A DNA stretch of 64,000 nucleotides from Moorellales bacterium (lineage in GTDB: Bacteria; Bacillota; DSM-521; Neomoorellales; SLTJ01), in contig JBNARC010000003.1 of NCBI GenBank assembly GCA_049719955.1, positions 9,953-73,952 on the forward strand, given 5' to 3'. This document shows positions 47,807 through 59,459 of the stretch, in pieces. Below the pieces are notes generated by a model. That model was not told the origin of the DNA. It saw only the letters and a program-made list of their open reading frames with translations, and searched no databases. Position numbers and translations under genes: made by a program. The first letter of the stretch is position 1. Each line of letters opens with the position of its first letter.

Positions 47807-48589
47807 ATGACCGGTCTTGGCGCTTGTGGAGGAAAAAGAACGGTTGTGCTTCTGACCGATTTCGGCAACGATAGTTACGTGGGCATAGTGAAAGGAGTAA
47901 TCCTGAGCCTTTGTCCGCAGACCACCATAGTCGACCTGGCCCACCACGTGGAACCGCAGGCAGTACGACAGGCAGCGTGGCTACTGTTGACCGCCTACTC
48001 ATTCTTTCCTCCGGGAAGCGTCTTTCTGGTGGTGGTGGATCCGGGAGTAGGAACCGAAAGACAAGCCCTCGCGGTGCAGGCGGGCGATTATTGTTTTGTG
48101 GGTCCGGACAACGGGGTGTTGTACCCGGCGGCTATCTCGGCCGGGGAAACGTTGCAGGCGGTGGCGTTACCCGTTCCCGAGGGGGCTAGTTCTACTTTTC
48201 ACGGCCGGGACGTTTTCGCCCCTGCGGCGGCTAAACTGGCCAGCGGTAGACCGCTGACGGAACTGGGGTCGCGGACCGAAATGCAAGCCCGGTTGCAATT
48301 TTACCTCTCCGGAAGGGAGGGAGAAGTGGTAACGCTGGACCGTTTCGGCAACGTGATTACCAATCTTCCTCCCGTGCCGGGACGAAGACGGTATCGAGTG
48401 ACCTTATGCCGCGAAGGAAGGCAGTATTGGCAAGGTGAGGTTCCCTGCTACCGGGCTTACGCACATGCGTCCGAGGCCAGCCCCTTTCTCATTGTAGGCT
48501 CCGCGGGAACGCTGGAGCTCAGTATAAGAAACGGCTCGGCGGCGGAGAGCCTGGGGGTTCGAATGGGCGATTACCTCCGGGCGGAATGA
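47807..48589 (+). CDS. SAM hydrolase / SAM-dependent halogenase family (DUF62)
   Basis: LLTDFG, VVVDPGVGTER, GPDNG, SSTFHGRDVFAP, DRFGNVITN. Confidence 0.9.
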   Translation: MTGLGACGGKRTVVLLTDFGNDSYVGIVKGVILSLCPQTTIVDLAHHVEPQAVRQAAWLLLTAYSFFPPGSVFLVVVDPGVGTERQALAVQAGDYCFVGPDNGVLYPAAISAGETLQAVALPVPEGASSTFHGRDVFAPAAAKLASGRPLTELGSRTEMQARLQFYLSGREGEVVTLDRFGNVITNLPPVPGRRRYRVTLCREGRQYWQGEVPCYRAYAHASEASPFLIVGSAGTLELSIRNGSAAESLGVRMGDYLRAE

Positions 48590-48610
48590 GGCCAAAAGGA
48601 GGGCCGAAGC

Positions 48611-49813
48611 GTGGATCGAGGGGCAAAAAACTGGCATTTACTGGGGGGAAAGGTGGTGAGCGGCGGCCGGACCTTATCTCCGGGAGAGGTGTGGGTTAGG
48701 GAGGGAAGGATAACGAGCGTAGGTCCGCCCGGGGAGAAGGAAACGAAAGAACCGGAACCGTACCCCACCCTAGCGTTCCCACAGCATTGGTTGGTGCCGG
48801 GTTTCATCGACCTGCACCTTCACGGCGCGGTCGGAGCGGACTTGATGCAAGCTTCAGTGGAAGGTCTCGGCCAGGTAGCCCTCTTTCTGGCCAGCCAGGG
48901 CACTACCGGCTTTTTGGCCACCACCCTCAGCGCCTCCTTAGAAGAAGTGACGGCGGTCTGCCGGACGGTCCACCAGACTCGGGAAATGGCTTCCCCGGGA
49001 GCCCGGATCCTGGGCCTGCACCTGGAGGGCCCTTACTTAAGCCCCGAGTACGCGGGAGCGCACCCGCCGCCCAGGCTTCGAGTTCCCAAGGCAACAGAGG
49101 TGCGAGAACTCCTGGCCCGGGGCACAGGATTAATCAAAATGGTCACCTTGGCTCCGGAACTGAACGGTGCGGACGATGTGATTGAGATTTTACAAAGCCA
49201 CGGAGTGGTAGCGTCGGCCGGTCATTCCGGTGCCGGTTACCTTCAGGCCCGCCGGGCCCGACAGGCAGGGATTAGTCATGTCACCCATCTCTTCAATGCT
49301 ATGAAGCCTTGGCACCACCGGGAACCGGGACTGGCGGGGCTGGCTTTGACGGAACCGGGCATCAGTTTTGAACTGATCGCCGACGGGCACCATTTGCACC
49401 CGGCCGTAGTCGATATGTGCCTCCGGGCGGCAGGTGACAGGGCGGTACTGGTTTCCGATGCCCTGCCGGCTATGGGCCTGCCTGGGGGGCGATACTTGTG
49501 GGCCGGACGGGAAATACTGGTGGACGGAGAAGTCGCCCGCTTTTCCGACGGCCGCCTGGCCGGAGGTCTCCTGGGACTGAACACGGCGCTCAGGAACGTC
49601 TCCCGGTGGCTGGGCGCTCCGCTGGAGGAGGTGATTCCTCTGGTTACCCGCAATCCGGCGCGAGTGCTGGGCATGGAAGCGGAGAGGGGGGATCTACTTC
49701 CGGGAAGATGGGCAGATCTGGTAGTACTTGACGACGACGGAACAGTTTGCCTTACAATGGTAGAAGGCGAGATCGTGTATGTCCGTCCCGGTTTCTTGAG
49801 GTTGGGTAGGTAA
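48611..49813 (+). CDS. nagA: N-acetylglucosamine-6-phosphate deacetylase
   Basis: PGFIDLHLHG, GLHLEGPY, TLAPE, GHS, THLFNAM, IADGHH. Confidence 0.92.
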   Translation: MDRGAKNWHLLGGKVVSGGRTLSPGEVWVREGRITSVGPPGEKETKEPEPYPTLAFPQHWLVPGFIDLHLHGAVGADLMQASVEGLGQVALFLASQGTTGFLATTLSASLEEVTAVCRTVHQTREMASPGARILGLHLEGPYLSPEYAGAHPPPRLRVPKATEVRELLARGTGLIKMVTLAPELNGADDVIEILQSHGVVASAGHSGAGYLQARRARQAGISHVTHLFNAMKPWHHREPGLAGLALTEPGISFELIADGHHLHPAVVDMCLRAAGDRAVLVSDALPAMGLPGGRYLWAGREILVDGEVARFSDGRLAGGLLGLNTALRNVSRWLGAPLEEVIPLVTRNPARVLGMEAERGDLLPGRWADLVVLDDDGTVCLTMVEGEIVYVRPGFLRLGR

Positions 49814-49867
49814 CCTGGCAGGGCAGCTCGATATCCATATCACTTTGAGAGAGGGAGGTTGTTAGAG

Positions 49868-50326
49868 ATGTATCCGATGCGATGGGAGCGCGGCCCCTTC
49901 GGGGAGCTAATGCGGGAGATCGGTCGACTAAGGGAAGAAGTTGACCGCGTAATGAGCAACGTATTTCAGCAGTTGCCCTTTGTCGGTCGGGAGGCTGCGG
50001 CGTGGCAGCCGAATATTGAGCTGTTCGACACGGACAACGAAGTGGTTTTCCGGGCCGACTTACCGGGCGTGGACCCTAAGGAACTGGAGGTAGAAGTTCA
50101 GGAACGGGAGTTGACCATCAAGGGGCAGCTCCGGGAAGAGAAGGAGACCCAGGCGGAGAACTACTACCACGCCGAGCGCCGCTATGGCAGCTTTTTCCGC
50201 CGAGTACCGCTTCCCGTGCCGGTAAAGGCCGCAGAGAGTAAGGCCGCCTACAAGAACGGAGTGCTGGAGGTAAGAATGCCTAAGTTACAGCCCCGACAAA
50301 AAGGATATCGGGTGCCTATTGAGTAG
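49868..50326 (+). CDS. Hsp20/alpha-crystallin small heat shock protein
   Basis: ADLPGV, ERRYGSFFR, AAYKNGVLEVRMPK; GGGAGG RBS. Confidence 0.92.
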   Translation: MYPMRWERGPFGELMREIGRLREEVDRVMSNVFQQLPFVGREAAAWQPNIELFDTDNEVVFRADLPGVDPKELEVEVQERELTIKGQLREEKETQAENYYHAERRYGSFFRRVPLPVPVKAAESKAAYKNGVLEVRMPKLQPRQKGYRVPIE

Positions 50327-50380
50327 AAACTTCTTTGTCACCTGACCCTGCCAGGTATCAGGAAATGGGGGCCGGCACCT

Positions 50381-51490
50381 ATGGACACTCCGGGCGAGGA
50401 TCGGCGCCCGTTCTGGTTGGGGCTCAATCGGATCGAGGGCGTTAGGCGTAGTCGCCTTCTGCAATTAGTCCAACATCTGGGCTCTCCGGAAGCGGCCTGG
50501 AAGGCCTCACCGGAACGGCTGGCCGAGGTCCCCGGATGGGGGGAAAGAGCCGTTCGGGTTTTTCTCCGCCAGCGCGCCGAAATCGTTCCAGATAAGGAGG
50601 CAGAATTGGTCGGGAGATCGGGGGTTCGTTTCTGGACCTGGGAGGATCCCGAATATCCGCCGCAACTACGGGAGATAGGAGATCCGCCCCTGGTTCTCTA
50701 CGTCTGCGGACAAGATTTGCCCCCGCAGACGCCACTGGTGGCGGTGGTGGGTACCCGGCGGGCCACCGCCTATGGCCGCCAGGTGGCCAGGAAACTGGCT
50801 CGGGAGTTGGCCGAGGCCGGCATTGGCGTAGTAAGCGGCCTGGCCCTGGGAGTCGATAGTATGGCCCACCTGGGCGCCTTAGAAGCCGGAGGGTTTACGG
50901 TGGGGGTCTTGGGTTGCGGCCCTGACGTTGTGTACCCTCCGGAGAACGCCCGGCTTTACGAAGCGGTGGCCAGCCGGGGCGTGCTGGTAACCGAGTATCC
51001 TTTGGGTACCCAACCCCGACCATGGCACTTTCCCGCCCGCAACCGCATCATCAGCGGATTGACCTTGGGAGTAGTGGTGGTGGAGGCAGGCTCCAGGAGC
51101 GGGGCCTTAATCACCGCCGATCTTGCCTTGGAGCAGGGAAGGGAAGTTTTTGCCGTGCCCGGACCGGTCACCAGTCCGTACAGTCAGGGCTGCAATGAAC
51201 TCATCAAACAGGGAGCCAAGCTGGTGCAGACAGTGGCGGATATCCTGGAGGAGTACGGCTTGGAAACGGGTCCGGCGGTCGCCTCCAAGAATTCGGGGCT
51301 GCGGGGCCTGGGCGGACCGGAGAAAAGAGTGCTTCGCCTTTTGCGCGGCGGTCCGGTTCAGTTTGAGGAACTGGCGGAAGTAAGCGGATACAATACAACC
51401 GAACTGGCCCAAATCCTTACTTTCTTGGAGGTAAGGGGCCTGGTGCAGGCACTTCCGGGCAAACAGTACGTGGCCAGAAACCCGGATTGA
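50381..51490 (+). CDS. dprA: DNA-processing protein DprA
   Basis: VAVVGTR, VSGLALGVD, FPARNRIISGL, SGALITA, GREVFAVPG. Confidence 0.95.
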   Translation: MDTPGEDRRPFWLGLNRIEGVRRSRLLQLVQHLGSPEAAWKASPERLAEVPGWGERAVRVFLRQRAEIVPDKEAELVGRSGVRFWTWEDPEYPPQLREIGDPPLVLYVCGQDLPPQTPLVAVVGTRRATAYGRQVARKLARELAEAGIGVVSGLALGVDSMAHLGALEAGGFTVGVLGCGPDVVYPPENARLYEAVASRGVLVTEYPLGTQPRPWHFPARNRIISGLTLGVVVVEAGSRSGALITADLALEQGREVFAVPGPVTSPYSQGCNELIKQGAKLVQTVADILEEYGLETGPAVASKNSGLRGLGGPEKRVLRLLRGGPVQFEELAEVSGYNTTELAQILTFLEVRGLVQALPGKQYVARNPD

Positions 51491-51501
51491 GGTGAGGAAG
51501 G

Positions 51502-53574
51502 TTGGCCAAGACCCTACTCATTGTGGAATCACCGGCCAAAGCCAGGACGTTAACCCGCATTCTGGGACGCAACTATGTGGTCAAGTCTTCCATGGGCCAC
51601 GTGCGGGACCTCCCCCAGAGCCAATTCGGGGTAGACGTAGACCACGGTTTCGAGCCAAAATATATCACTATCCGAGGCAAGGGCGAAGTAGTACGCGAAC
51701 TACGGGAGGCGGCCAAGAAAAGTCACCGGGTACTGCTGGCCTCGGACCCCGATCGCGAGGGAGAAGCCATAGCCTGGCACCTGCAGCACCTTCTCCAGCT
51801 CGACGGTTCCGAGCCCTGCCGGGTGGAGTTTCATGAAATCACTCCCCCGGCGGTTACGGAGGCGGTAAGAAAGCCTCGCCCTATAGATCACCGCTTGGTA
51901 GAGGCGCAACAGGCCCGCCGGGTGCTGGACCGTCTGGTAGGGTATAGCCTTAGCCCTCTTCTATGGCGCAAGATCCGGCGCGGTCTTAGTGCCGGTCGGG
52001 TTCAGTCAGTGGCCGTCCGGCTGATTTGCGAGCGTGAAGAGGAAATTCGCAACTTCGTTCCCGAGGAATACTGGAGCTTGACCGCCAAACTGCTTACCCC
52101 GGTGGACCAACCGTTTGAGGCCCGCCTGGTCAGTTCAGATCGAATACCCAGCCGAGAGGCCATGGATAACCTCCTGCGGGCTCTGGAAGGGACCAGTTTT
52201 ATAGTAGAAGAGGTCAAGAAAAAGGATAAGCGGCGCCAGCCGCCTCCACCCTTTATTACTAGCACCCTGCAACAAGAGGCGGCCAAGCGGCTCAATTTTA
52301 CCGCCCGCCGTACCATGACCGTGGCCCAGCAACTGTACGAAGGGGTCTCGCTGGGCAAGGAGGGGCCGGTGGGTCTAATAACCTACTTGCGAACCGATTC
52401 CACGCGCGTTTCCGCCTTGGCCCAGGAGGAGGCGCGCCGATATGTGCGGGACCGGTTTGGGGAACGCTACTTGCCCGGTCAGCCTCCTAAGGCGAGAAAT
52501 AGGGAAGCAATGACCCAAGACGCGCACGAGGCCATCCGGCCTACGAGCGTGTTTCGGGAACCGGACAGCATTAAGGAGTTCCTTACTCCCGATCAGTATC
52601 GCCTTTACCGCCTCATTTGGCAGCGTTTCCTGGCCAGTCAGATGATGCCCGCTCAGTTCGAGGTCACTACCGCAGACATCCGGGCCGGATCCTACCTTTT
52701 TCGGGCCAGCGGTCGGGTTCTCCTCTTTGGGGGGTTTCTGGAGGTCTACGAGGAAGCCCTGGAGACGGAGACTGAAGATGAAAACGAACTCCCGAACCTC
52801 ACGCCGGGCATGGTACTGACGTTAGTAGAATTAAGCCCCAAACAGCATTTTACTCAGCCACCCCCACGATATACCGAGGCCTCACTGGTGAAGGTCTTAG
52901 AAGAGAAGGGCATTGGCCGACCCAGCACCTATGCCCCGATTATCGAAACCATCCTGGCCCGGGGTTATGTGCGTCGGGAAGACAAACAATTCGTTCCCAC
53001 CGAACTGGGATTCGTAGTAGTGAACCTGCTGAAGAAGTACTTCTCCCAAGTAATCGACGTAGAATTTACGGCGCATATGGAAAAGCAGCTCGACTTAGTG
53101 GAAGAAGGCAAGGCCGACTGGAGAGAAGTAGTGGGCGAATTCTACCGTCCCTTCCAGGAGGTACTGGCCCGCGCAGAAAGCGAGATCGGAGTAATAGAAG
53201 TAGCGGAGGAAACCACGGAAGAAACCTGCCCCAAGTGCGGCCGACAGATGGTGGTCAAGAGCGGGCGTTTCGGCAAATTCCTGGCCTGCCCTGCGTTTCC
53301 CGAATGTAGAACCACCAAGCCCTATCAGGAGGAGATCGGAGTAACCTGTCCGCTGTGCGGGGGAAAAATAGTCTTGCGGCGGGCTAAGAAGGGCCGACCT
53401 TTCTATGGTTGCAGCAATTATCCCCAGTGCACCTTTACTTCGTGGGACCGGCCGACGGAAAAATCCTGTCCCGAGTGCGGCGAGCGCCTATTCGTCAAAG
53501 GCACGCGCTCCCGGTGGCTGAAATGTTCCCGGTGTGGGCACCAGGAAAAGGAGGAGCCAAATGAGAACGGTTAG
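51502..53574 (+). CDS. topA: DNA topoisomerase I
   Basis: [34 protein letters not shown]-terminal C4 zinc ribbons. Confidence 0.97.
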   Translation: MAKTLLIVESPAKARTLTRILGRNYVVKSSMGHVRDLPQSQFGVDVDHGFEPKYITIRGKGEVVRELREAAKKSHRVLLASDPDREGEAIAWHLQHLLQLDGSEPCRVEFHEITPPAVTEAVRKPRPIDHRLVEAQQARRVLDRLVGYSLSPLLWRKIRRGLSAGRVQSVAVRLICEREEEIRNFVPEEYWSLTAKLLTPVDQPFEARLVSSDRIPSREAMDNLLRALEGTSFIVEEVKKKDKRRQPPPPFITSTLQQEAAKRLNFTARRTMTVAQQLYEGVSLGKEGPVGLITYLRTDSTRVSALAQEEARRYVRDRFGERYLPGQPPKARNREAMTQDAHEAIRPTSVFREPDSIKEFLTPDQYRLYRLIWQRFLASQMMPAQFEVTTADIRAGSYLFRASGRVLLFGGFLEVYEEALETETEDENELPNLTPGMVLTLVELSPKQHFTQPPPRYTEASLVKVLEEKGIGRPSTYAPIIETILARGYVRREDKQFVPTELGFVVVNLLKKYFSQVIDVEFTAHMEKQLDLVEEGKADWREVVGEFYRPFQEVLARAESEIGVIEVAEETTEETCPKCGRQMVVKSGRFGKFLACPAFPECRTTKPYQEEIGVTCPLCGGKIVLRRAKKGRPFYGCSNYPQCTFTSWDRPTEKSCPECGERLFVKGTRSRWLKCSRCGHQEKEEPNENG

Positions 53575-54865
53575 GGTGATAGGGGCGGGGCTGGCCGGTT
53601 GCGAAGCCACTTGGCAGTTGGCAAAGCGCGGTATAGAAGTGGAACTATGGGAAATGCGGCCGCACAAGCTCACTCCCGCCCACCGTACGGGGTATTTAGC
53701 CGAGTTGGTTTGCTCCAACTCCCTTCGTTCCCAAAACCCTACCACCGCCCCCGGGCTCCTCAAAGAGGAGATGCGGCGGCTGGATTCGATTATTATCCGG
53801 TGGGCGGACGCCACCCGCGTGCCGGCCGGCGAAGCCCTGGCTGTAGATCGGGAGGCTTTTGCCTCTGGTATCACCGAAGAACTCGAGAGTATACCTCAAG
53901 TAAGACTGATTCGGGAGGAGCTAAGGGAATTACCGGAGGGTCCGGCAATTGTGGCCACCGGACCCCTCACCTCCGATGACCTGGCGAAAGCCATTGGCGC
54001 TTTTTTCGGCGAGGACTACCTCTACTTCTACGATGCCCTAGCGCCCATCGTGAGCGCCGAATCCCTCAACTACGACCGGATTTTTCGCGCCTCCCGGTAC
54101 GGAAAAGGGGAGGAAGCCTATCTGAACTGTCCGCTGACCGAAGAGGAATACTATACCTTTTACCGAGCCCTCCGGGAAGCAGATATCCACACCGGACACG
54201 ACTTCGAACCTCTTAGCTTCTTCGAAGGCTGTCTGCCCATTGAGGAGATGGCCGCGCGGGGACCGGATACCTTACGTTTTGGCCCCATGAAACCGGTAGG
54301 CCTCATCGACCCTCACACGGGAAAGCAACCTTTTGCGGTAGTGCAGTTACGACCGGAGAATAGGGCGGAAACCATGTATAACCTGGTAGGATTCCAAACT
54401 CGACTGCGGTGGGGCGAACAGGAACGGGTATTCCGGTTGATACCCGGGCTGGAGCAGGCGGAGTTCTTGCGCTTCGGAGCCATGCACCGCAACACTTACC
54501 TAAACGCTCCCAAGTTGCTTCTACCGACGTTTCAGACTCGACGGGAGCCCACTCTATTCTTTGCCGGTCAAATCACCGGCGTGGAAGGCTATATAGAGTC
54601 AGCGGCTTCGGGCCTTATTGCTGGAATTAACCTGGCCCGCATTCTTTCGGGAAAACCGCCGGTAGTGTTCCCGGCTCAGACCTGCCTGGGGGCCCTCAGC
54701 CGCCACATCACCACCGCCGTCCAACCTTTTCAGCCCATGAACATCAACTTCGGGTTGTTACCTCCTTTGGAACGAAAACCCAGGAACCGGCAGGCCCGAC
54801 GTCAGGCCCTGGCCATGCGAGCCTTGAAGGCGTTAGAGGAGTTCAAGGAAAAGGAACTAAGGTGA
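53561..54865 (+). CDS. trmFO: tRNA (uracil-5)-methyltransferase TrmFO (Gid)
   Basis: [36 protein letters not shown]; GGAGGAG RBS before ATG 53561. Confidence 0.96.
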   Translation: MRTVRVIGAGLAGCEATWQLAKRGIEVELWEMRPHKLTPAHRTGYLAELVCSNSLRSQNPTTAPGLLKEEMRRLDSIIIRWADATRVPAGEALAVDREAFASGITEELESIPQVRLIREELRELPEGPAIVATGPLTSDDLAKAIGAFFGEDYLYFYDALAPIVSAESLNYDRIFRASRYGKGEEAYLNCPLTEEEYYTFYRALREADIHTGHDFEPLSFFEGCLPIEEMAARGPDTLRFGPMKPVGLIDPHTGKQPFAVVQLRPENRAETMYNLVGFQTRLRWGEQERVFRLIPGLEQAEFLRFGAMHRNTYLNAPKLLLPTFQTRREPTLFFAGQITGVEGYIESAASGLIAGINLARILSGKPPVVFPAQTCLGALSRHITTAVQPFQPMNINFGLLPPLERKPRNRQARRQALAMRALKALEEFKEKELR

Positions 54866-54896
54866 TCTTGTCAGAACATTAGTGATGTGCTAGTAT
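54866..54896 (+). promoter_or_regulatory. Putative sigma-A promoter of xerC-hslVU-codY with overlapping CodY-box-like site
   Basis: TTGTCA-17 bp-(TGc)TAGTAT; TCTTGTCAGAACATT matches AATTTTCWGAAAATT at 11/15. Confidence 0.55.
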
Positions 54897-54937
54897 AAAC
54901 CGAAAGACCTTGGGTAATACTCTGGGGAGGGGAAATC

Positions 54938-55822
54938 TTGGTAGCAGATCTGGCCGCCTTCCTCCAGTACCTGCACCTGGCGAGGGCGGCTTCGGAGCAC
55001 ACTTTAAGGGCATACAGAGTCGATATCGAGGAGTTTCTGCAGTTTTGTCGCGAACGGGGAGTAACCATGGAGCAGGTGGACACGTGGATGGTCCGGGCCT
55101 ACCTGGCCAGCCTTTACCGCCGAGAAGTTGGCCGCGCCACGGTAGCCCGCAAGCTGGCCGCCCTGAGATCTTTCTACCGTTACCTGCTGCGGGAAGGGAG
55201 AATCTCGGCCAACCCGTTCCGCGTAGTTAGGGCACCGAAAATCGGTAGACGCTTGCCCCGGTTTCTTTACTATCACGAGATAGAGGCCTTACTGGCGCTG
55301 CCGAAAACCAGCACCGCCCGAGGGAAGAGGGACCGAGCCCTGCTGGAGTGTTTATATGCCACCGGAGCCCGGGTGGAGGAGATCGTAAGACTCAATCTCA
55401 GTGATCTGCGCCTAGAGGAAGGCTGGGCGTTGGTACGAGGCAAGGGAGGAAAGGAACGCCTGGTATTCCTGGGAGAAAAGGCAGTAGCCGCCCTACGGTG
55501 TTATCTGGAAACCGGCCGCCCCCATTTGGTCGGCAAAAAATCATCAGAAGCAGTGTTCCTGAACCGCCGGGGGGAGCGGCTAACTCAAAGAGGGGTTCGC
55601 TACCTGGTTTATCGCTATCTTCAAAAGGCAGGTTTGGATAAGAGGGTGGGACCGCATACTTTTCGTCATTCTTTTGCTACTCACCTGGTAGAAAGAGGGG
55701 CCGACCTCAGGACCGTACAGGAATTGCTGGGTCACGCCAGCCTTTCCACCACCCAGATTTATACCCACGTCAGCGGTGCCCGTCTGCGCTCGGTCTACGA
55801 GCGAACCCACCCCCGGGCTTAA
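54938..55822 (+). CDS. xerC: Tyrosine recombinase XerC (CodV)
   Basis: RDRALLECLYATGAR, GKGGKER, PHTFRHSFATH, LLGHASLSTTQIY; first gene of the cod operon. Confidence 0.92.
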   Translation: MVADLAAFLQYLHLARAASEHTLRAYRVDIEEFLQFCRERGVTMEQVDTWMVRAYLASLYRREVGRATVARKLAALRSFYRYLLREGRISANPFRVVRAPKIGRRLPRFLYYHEIEALLALPKTSTARGKRDRALLECLYATGARVEEIVRLNLSDLRLEEGWALVRGKGGKERLVFLGEKAVAALRCYLETGRPHLVGKKSSEAVFLNRRGERLTQRGVRYLVYRYLQKAGLDKRVGPHTFRHSFATHLVERGADLRTVQELLGHASLSTTQIYTHVSGARLRSVYERTHPRA

Positions 55823-55835
55823 GGAGGGGTGAAAA

Positions 55836-56369
55836 ATGCGCTTTCGCGGGACCACCATTGTTGCCGTTCGACGCTACGGCCGGGTGGCGCTGGGTGGCGA
55901 CGGGCAGGTAACCATGGGGGAGAGCATGGCCATTAAGCACCGGGCCCGCAAGATTCGGCGCCTGTACGAGGGTCGGGTCCTGGCCGGTTTCGCCGGAGCG
56001 GTAGCCGACGCCCTTACCCTTTTTGAGAAGTTCGAGGGGCGGTTGCAGGAGTTTCAGGGTCACCTGGTACGGGCAGCGGTGGAACTAACCAAGGAATGGC
56101 GCACCGACCGTTATCTCCGTCGTCTGGACGCCCTGTTAGTGGTTGCCGACCGGGAAAGGCTGTTGGTGATCTCGGGTTCGGGAGAAGTACTGGAGCCCGA
56201 CGACGATATCGCCGCGGTAGGTGCCGGTGCGGCCTATGCCTTGGCCGCAGCCAGGGCGTTAGTGCGCCATACGGAACTGGAGGCCGCCGCCATTGTGCGT
56301 GAGGCTTTGCTTATTGCTTCCGGTATCTGCGTCTATACTAACGACCAAATTGCGGTAGAGGAGCTATAG
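55836..56369 (+). CDS. hslV: ATP-dependent protease subunit HslV (ClpQ)
   Basis: [38 protein letters not shown]. Confidence 0.96.
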   Translation: MRFRGTTIVAVRRYGRVALGGDGQVTMGESMAIKHRARKIRRLYEGRVLAGFAGAVADALTLFEKFEGRLQEFQGHLVRAAVELTKEWRTDRYLRRLDALLVVADRERLLVISGSGEVLEPDDDIAAVGAGAAYALAAARALVRHTELEAAAIVREALLIASGICVYTNDQIAVEEL

Positions 56370-56376
56370 CACCGGT

Positions 56377-57750
56377 ATGCAGGAGCTAACCCCTAAGGCC
56401 ATTGTGCGCGAGCTGGATCGGTATATTATCGGTCAGGACAAGGCCAAAAAGTGCGTGGCCGTGGCTCTGCGCAATCGCTACCGTCGCCTGCGGGTGCCCC
56501 CGCCGCTTCGAGACGAGATCGCGCCCAAGAACATCCTCATGATTGGGCCTACAGGAGTGGGCAAGACGGAAATAGCCAGGCGACTGGCCAAGCTGGTCAA
56601 CGCTCCCTTTATTAAGGTGGAGGCCACCAAGTATACGGAGGTGGGATATGTAGGTCGAGACGTCGATTCCATGGTTCGAGACCTGGTGGAGACCGCGGTG
56701 CGCATGGTAAAACAGGAAAGAACCGAGAGGGTTATGGATCAAGCCCGACTGCTGGCGCAGGAACGGATTCTCGATCTTCTGGCTCCGGAAACCAGAGGCC
56801 AGGTTGGCTCCTCCGGTCCTCTGCAGGCCCTGTTCCGAACCCCCGGCGGGCCTAGCCCCGATCCCAGGCTCGAAGAGCGACGGGCCATCCTCCGCCAAAA
56901 GCTGGCCAGACAGGAATTGGAGGAGGAATTGATCGAACTAGAGGTCGAGGACCGCACCTCACCGGTCCTAGGAGTATTCGGCGGGACCGGACTGGAAGAG
57001 TTGGGCCTCAACCTCCAGGATCTCCTCGGAGGATTGGTTCCCCGACGCAAACGACGGCGGAAGATAAAGGTATCAGAAGCCCGGCGCCTCCTTGCTCAGG
57101 AGGAAGCGGAGAAATTGATTGATATGGAAGAGGTTGTCAACGCGGCCATTGAACGCGTAGAGCAGCACGGGATTATTTTTATCGATGAGATCGATAAGAT
57201 CGCCGGCCGGGAAGGCGGATACGGGCCCGATGTCTCCCGCGAGGGAGTGCAACGCGATATCCTCCCCCTGGTGGAGGGATGCACGGTAACCACAAAATAC
57301 GGGCCGGTGCGCACCGATCACGTACTGTTTATCGCCGCCGGCGCCTTTAATCTCTCCAAACCGCAAGACCTTATCCCGGAACTGCAAGGGCGTTTTCCCT
57401 TGCGGGTAGAGTTGGATAGCCTCCGGGAAGAGGACCTGCGTCGAATCCTGGTGGAACCGGAGAATTCGTTATTACGACAGTATGCGGCCTTGTTGGAGAG
57501 TGAGGGAATTCGGCTCACTTTTACCCAGGGTGCAGTTGCTCAAATTGCTAAGATCGCTTATACTGTAAATTGTCAAAGTGAAAATATCGGCGCCAGACGC
57601 CTGTACACGGTTATGGAACAGCTCTTACAGGACTTGCTTTTTGAAGCACCTGACGTTCCTGCCAGCGAGGTGGTAGTTGATGAACATTACGTGGAGACAA
57701 AACTAGCAGGTATTGTCGGCGACCGGGATCTAAGCTATTACATCCTTTGA
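56377..57750 (+). CDS. hslU: ATP-dependent protease ATPase subunit HslU (ClpY)
   Basis: [42 protein letters not shown]. Confidence 0.97.
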   Translation: MQELTPKAIVRELDRYIIGQDKAKKCVAVALRNRYRRLRVPPPLRDEIAPKNILMIGPTGVGKTEIARRLAKLVNAPFIKVEATKYTEVGYVGRDVDSMVRDLVETAVRMVKQERTERVMDQARLLAQERILDLLAPETRGQVGSSGPLQALFRTPGGPSPDPRLEERRAILRQKLARQELEEELIELEVEDRTSPVLGVFGGTGLEELGLNLQDLLGGLVPRRKRRRKIKVSEARRLLAQEEAEKLIDMEEVVNAAIERVEQHGIIFIDEIDKIAGREGGYGPDVSREGVQRDILPLVEGCTVTTKYGPVRTDHVLFIAAGAFNLSKPQDLIPELQGRFPLRVELDSLREEDLRRILVEPENSLLRQYAALLESEGIRLTFTQGAVAQIAKIAYTVNCQSENIGARRLYTVMEQLLQDLLFEAPDVPASEVVVDEHYVETKLAGIVGDRDLSYYIL

Positions 57751-57778
57751 TTTCAGAGATAGAGGAGGTAGGTCGACG

Positions 57779-58567
57779 GTGAAGTCATTGCTTGAAAAGA
57801 CCCGCGACATTAATCGTCTCCTCCAAAAGACCGCGGGCAATCCGGTGGACTTTAGGGAGATGGCCAAGGTTCTGTCCGAGACCATCGGCGCCAATTGCTA
57901 TCTTCTGAACCGCCAGGGAAAGATTCTGGGTTACGGGTTTATGGAAGGATTTACCTGTCCGATTATGGAGGAAATCGTGTATAGGTCGGAAGAGTTTCCG
58001 GAGGACTATAACGAGCAACTATTGCGCATGGATCGCACCCACGCCAACTTCGGGCAGGTAGGTAATGCCTGTGTGTTTAGGCCCAGCGGGGAGAAATGCC
58101 TGTTCACCGGCAAGCTGGTGACCGTGGTACCGGTTATGGGCGGCGGCCAGCGGCTCGGTACTCTGGTACTGGCCAAGTTCAACATTGAGTTCACCGAGGA
58201 AGACTTGATTCTGGCGGAGTACGGGGCCACAGTGATGGGCATGGAGCTGCTGCGCTCCAAGGCCGAGAAGATTGAGGAGGAGGCCCGCAAGCGGGCGGCG
58301 GTGCACGTAGCTCTGGGAACCCTTTCTTACTCGGAACTGGAAGCGGTGGAGCATATCTTCGCCGAGCTGGACGGAAAAGAGGGAGTGCTGGTAGCCAGCA
58401 AGATTGCTGACCGGGCTGGCATTACGCGTTCGGTAATCGTAAACGCGCTGCGCAAGTTCGAAAGCGCGGGGGTTATCGAATCCAAGTCCCTGGGAATGAA
58501 AGGCACCTACATCCGGGTACTCAACGATAACCTCTTCGAGGAACTGGCCAAGCTCCGGCACCGCTAA
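57779..58567 (+). CDS. codY: GTP/BCAA-sensing pleiotropic repressor CodY
   Basis: [48 protein letters not shown]. Confidence 0.97.
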   Translation: MKSLLEKTRDINRLLQKTAGNPVDFREMAKVLSETIGANCYLLNRQGKILGYGFMEGFTCPIMEEIVYRSEEFPEDYNEQLLRMDRTHANFGQVGNACVFRPSGEKCLFTGKLVTVVPVMGGGQRLGTLVLAKFNIEFTEEDLILAEYGATVMGMELLRSKAEKIEEEARKRAAVHVALGTLSYSELEAVEHIFAELDGKEGVLVASKIADRAGITRSVIVNALRKFESAGVIESKSLGMKGTYIRVLNDNLFEELAKLRHR

Positions 58568-58571
58568 GGCA

Positions 58572-58600
58572 TTGCTCCCACCAGCGGTTTGTGCTATACT
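58572..58600 (+). promoter_or_regulatory. Sigma-A promoter of rpsB-tsf operon
   Basis: TTGCTC-17 bp-(TGc)TATACT. Confidence 0.7.
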
Positions 58601-58612
58601 ACTCCTGGCTTA

Positions 58613-58692
58613 ACCCGCACGTATCGGATCCGGGTAGGGGTGCCCGGCAGCCGCCGGGTTCTACCCGGAGATGAAGATATGGAGGCCAAACC
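58613..58692 (+). ncRNA. rpsB leader (t44-like S2 autoregulatory element)
   Basis: CGCACGTATC...GGGGTGCCC...GATATGGAGGC...AACC matches the t44/rpsB leader pattern; stem TCCGGGTAG/CTACCCGGA; lies between promoter and rpsB. Confidence 0.8.
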
Positions 58693-58716
58693 ATTTTGGA
58701 GGTGGCACAAACCAGA

Positions 58717-59430
58717 GTGGCTATTATTTCGATGAAGCAGCTGCTGGAGGCGGGGGTGCATTTCGGGCACCAAACCCGCCGGTGGAACCCCAAGATGGCT
58801 CCCTATATCTTCACCGAGAGAAACGGGATTTACATCATCGACCTCCAGAAGACGGTGAAGAAGATAGAGGAAGCCTATAATTTTGTCCGGGACCTGGCCG
58901 CTCAGGGCGGCAAGATACTCTTCGTAGGCACCAAGAAGCAGGCGCAGGAGTCGATCCGGGAAGAAGCAGAACGCTGCGGAATGTACTACGTGAACGTCCG
59001 CTGGTTGGGCGGCATGCTCACCAATTTCCAGACCATCCGACAACGGATTAATCGGTTGCTTGAACTGGAACGGCTGGAAAGCTCGGGCCGGCTGACGGCT
59101 CTACCCAAGAAAGAGGCCGCGCGGTTGATGGCCGAAAAGGAAAAACTGGCCCGCTTCCTGACCGGCATTAAGAACATGAAAAGCCTTCCCGACGCCCTCT
59201 TCGTAGTAGATCCCCGAAAGGAAAAGATTGCGGTGGCGGAGGCTCGGCGCCTAGGGATCCCCATCGTGGCCATTGTGGATACTAACTGCGACCCGGAGGA
59301 AATCGACTACGTTATCCCCGGCAACGACGACGCTATAAGGGCCGTCCGCTTGCTTACCAGTAAGATCGCGGACGCCGTCCTGGAGGGGTTGCGGGGACAA
59401 GAGGCGGAGGTTGCGGAGGCTCAGGCCTAA
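58717..59430 (+). CDS. rpsB: 30S ribosomal protein S2
   Basis: [40 protein letters not shown]; GTG start inferred. Confidence 0.97.
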   Translation: MAIISMKQLLEAGVHFGHQTRRWNPKMAPYIFTERNGIYIIDLQKTVKKIEEAYNFVRDLAAQGGKILFVGTKKQAQESIREEAERCGMYYVNVRWLGGMLTNFQTIRQRINRLLELERLESSGRLTALPKKEAARLMAEKEKLARFLTGIKNMKSLPDALFVVDPRKEKIAVAEARRLGIPIVAIVDTNCDPEEIDYVIPGNDDAIRAVRLLTSKIADAVLEGLRGQEAEVAEAQA

Positions 59431-59459
59431 AGGTAAGCTTTTGAGGAGGGAGCATCTCT

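Noticed and set aside
47807-48589. True fluorinase/chlorinase
   Set aside because: The HGRD motif and housekeeping-like context fit the widespread DUF62 SAM hydrolases; no halometabolite genes are nearby.
54938-55822. Tyrosine recombinase as the island integrase
   Set aside because: It lies more than 10 kb outside the repeats, in the conserved trmFO-xerC-hslVU-codY context; it is housekeeping XerC/CodV.
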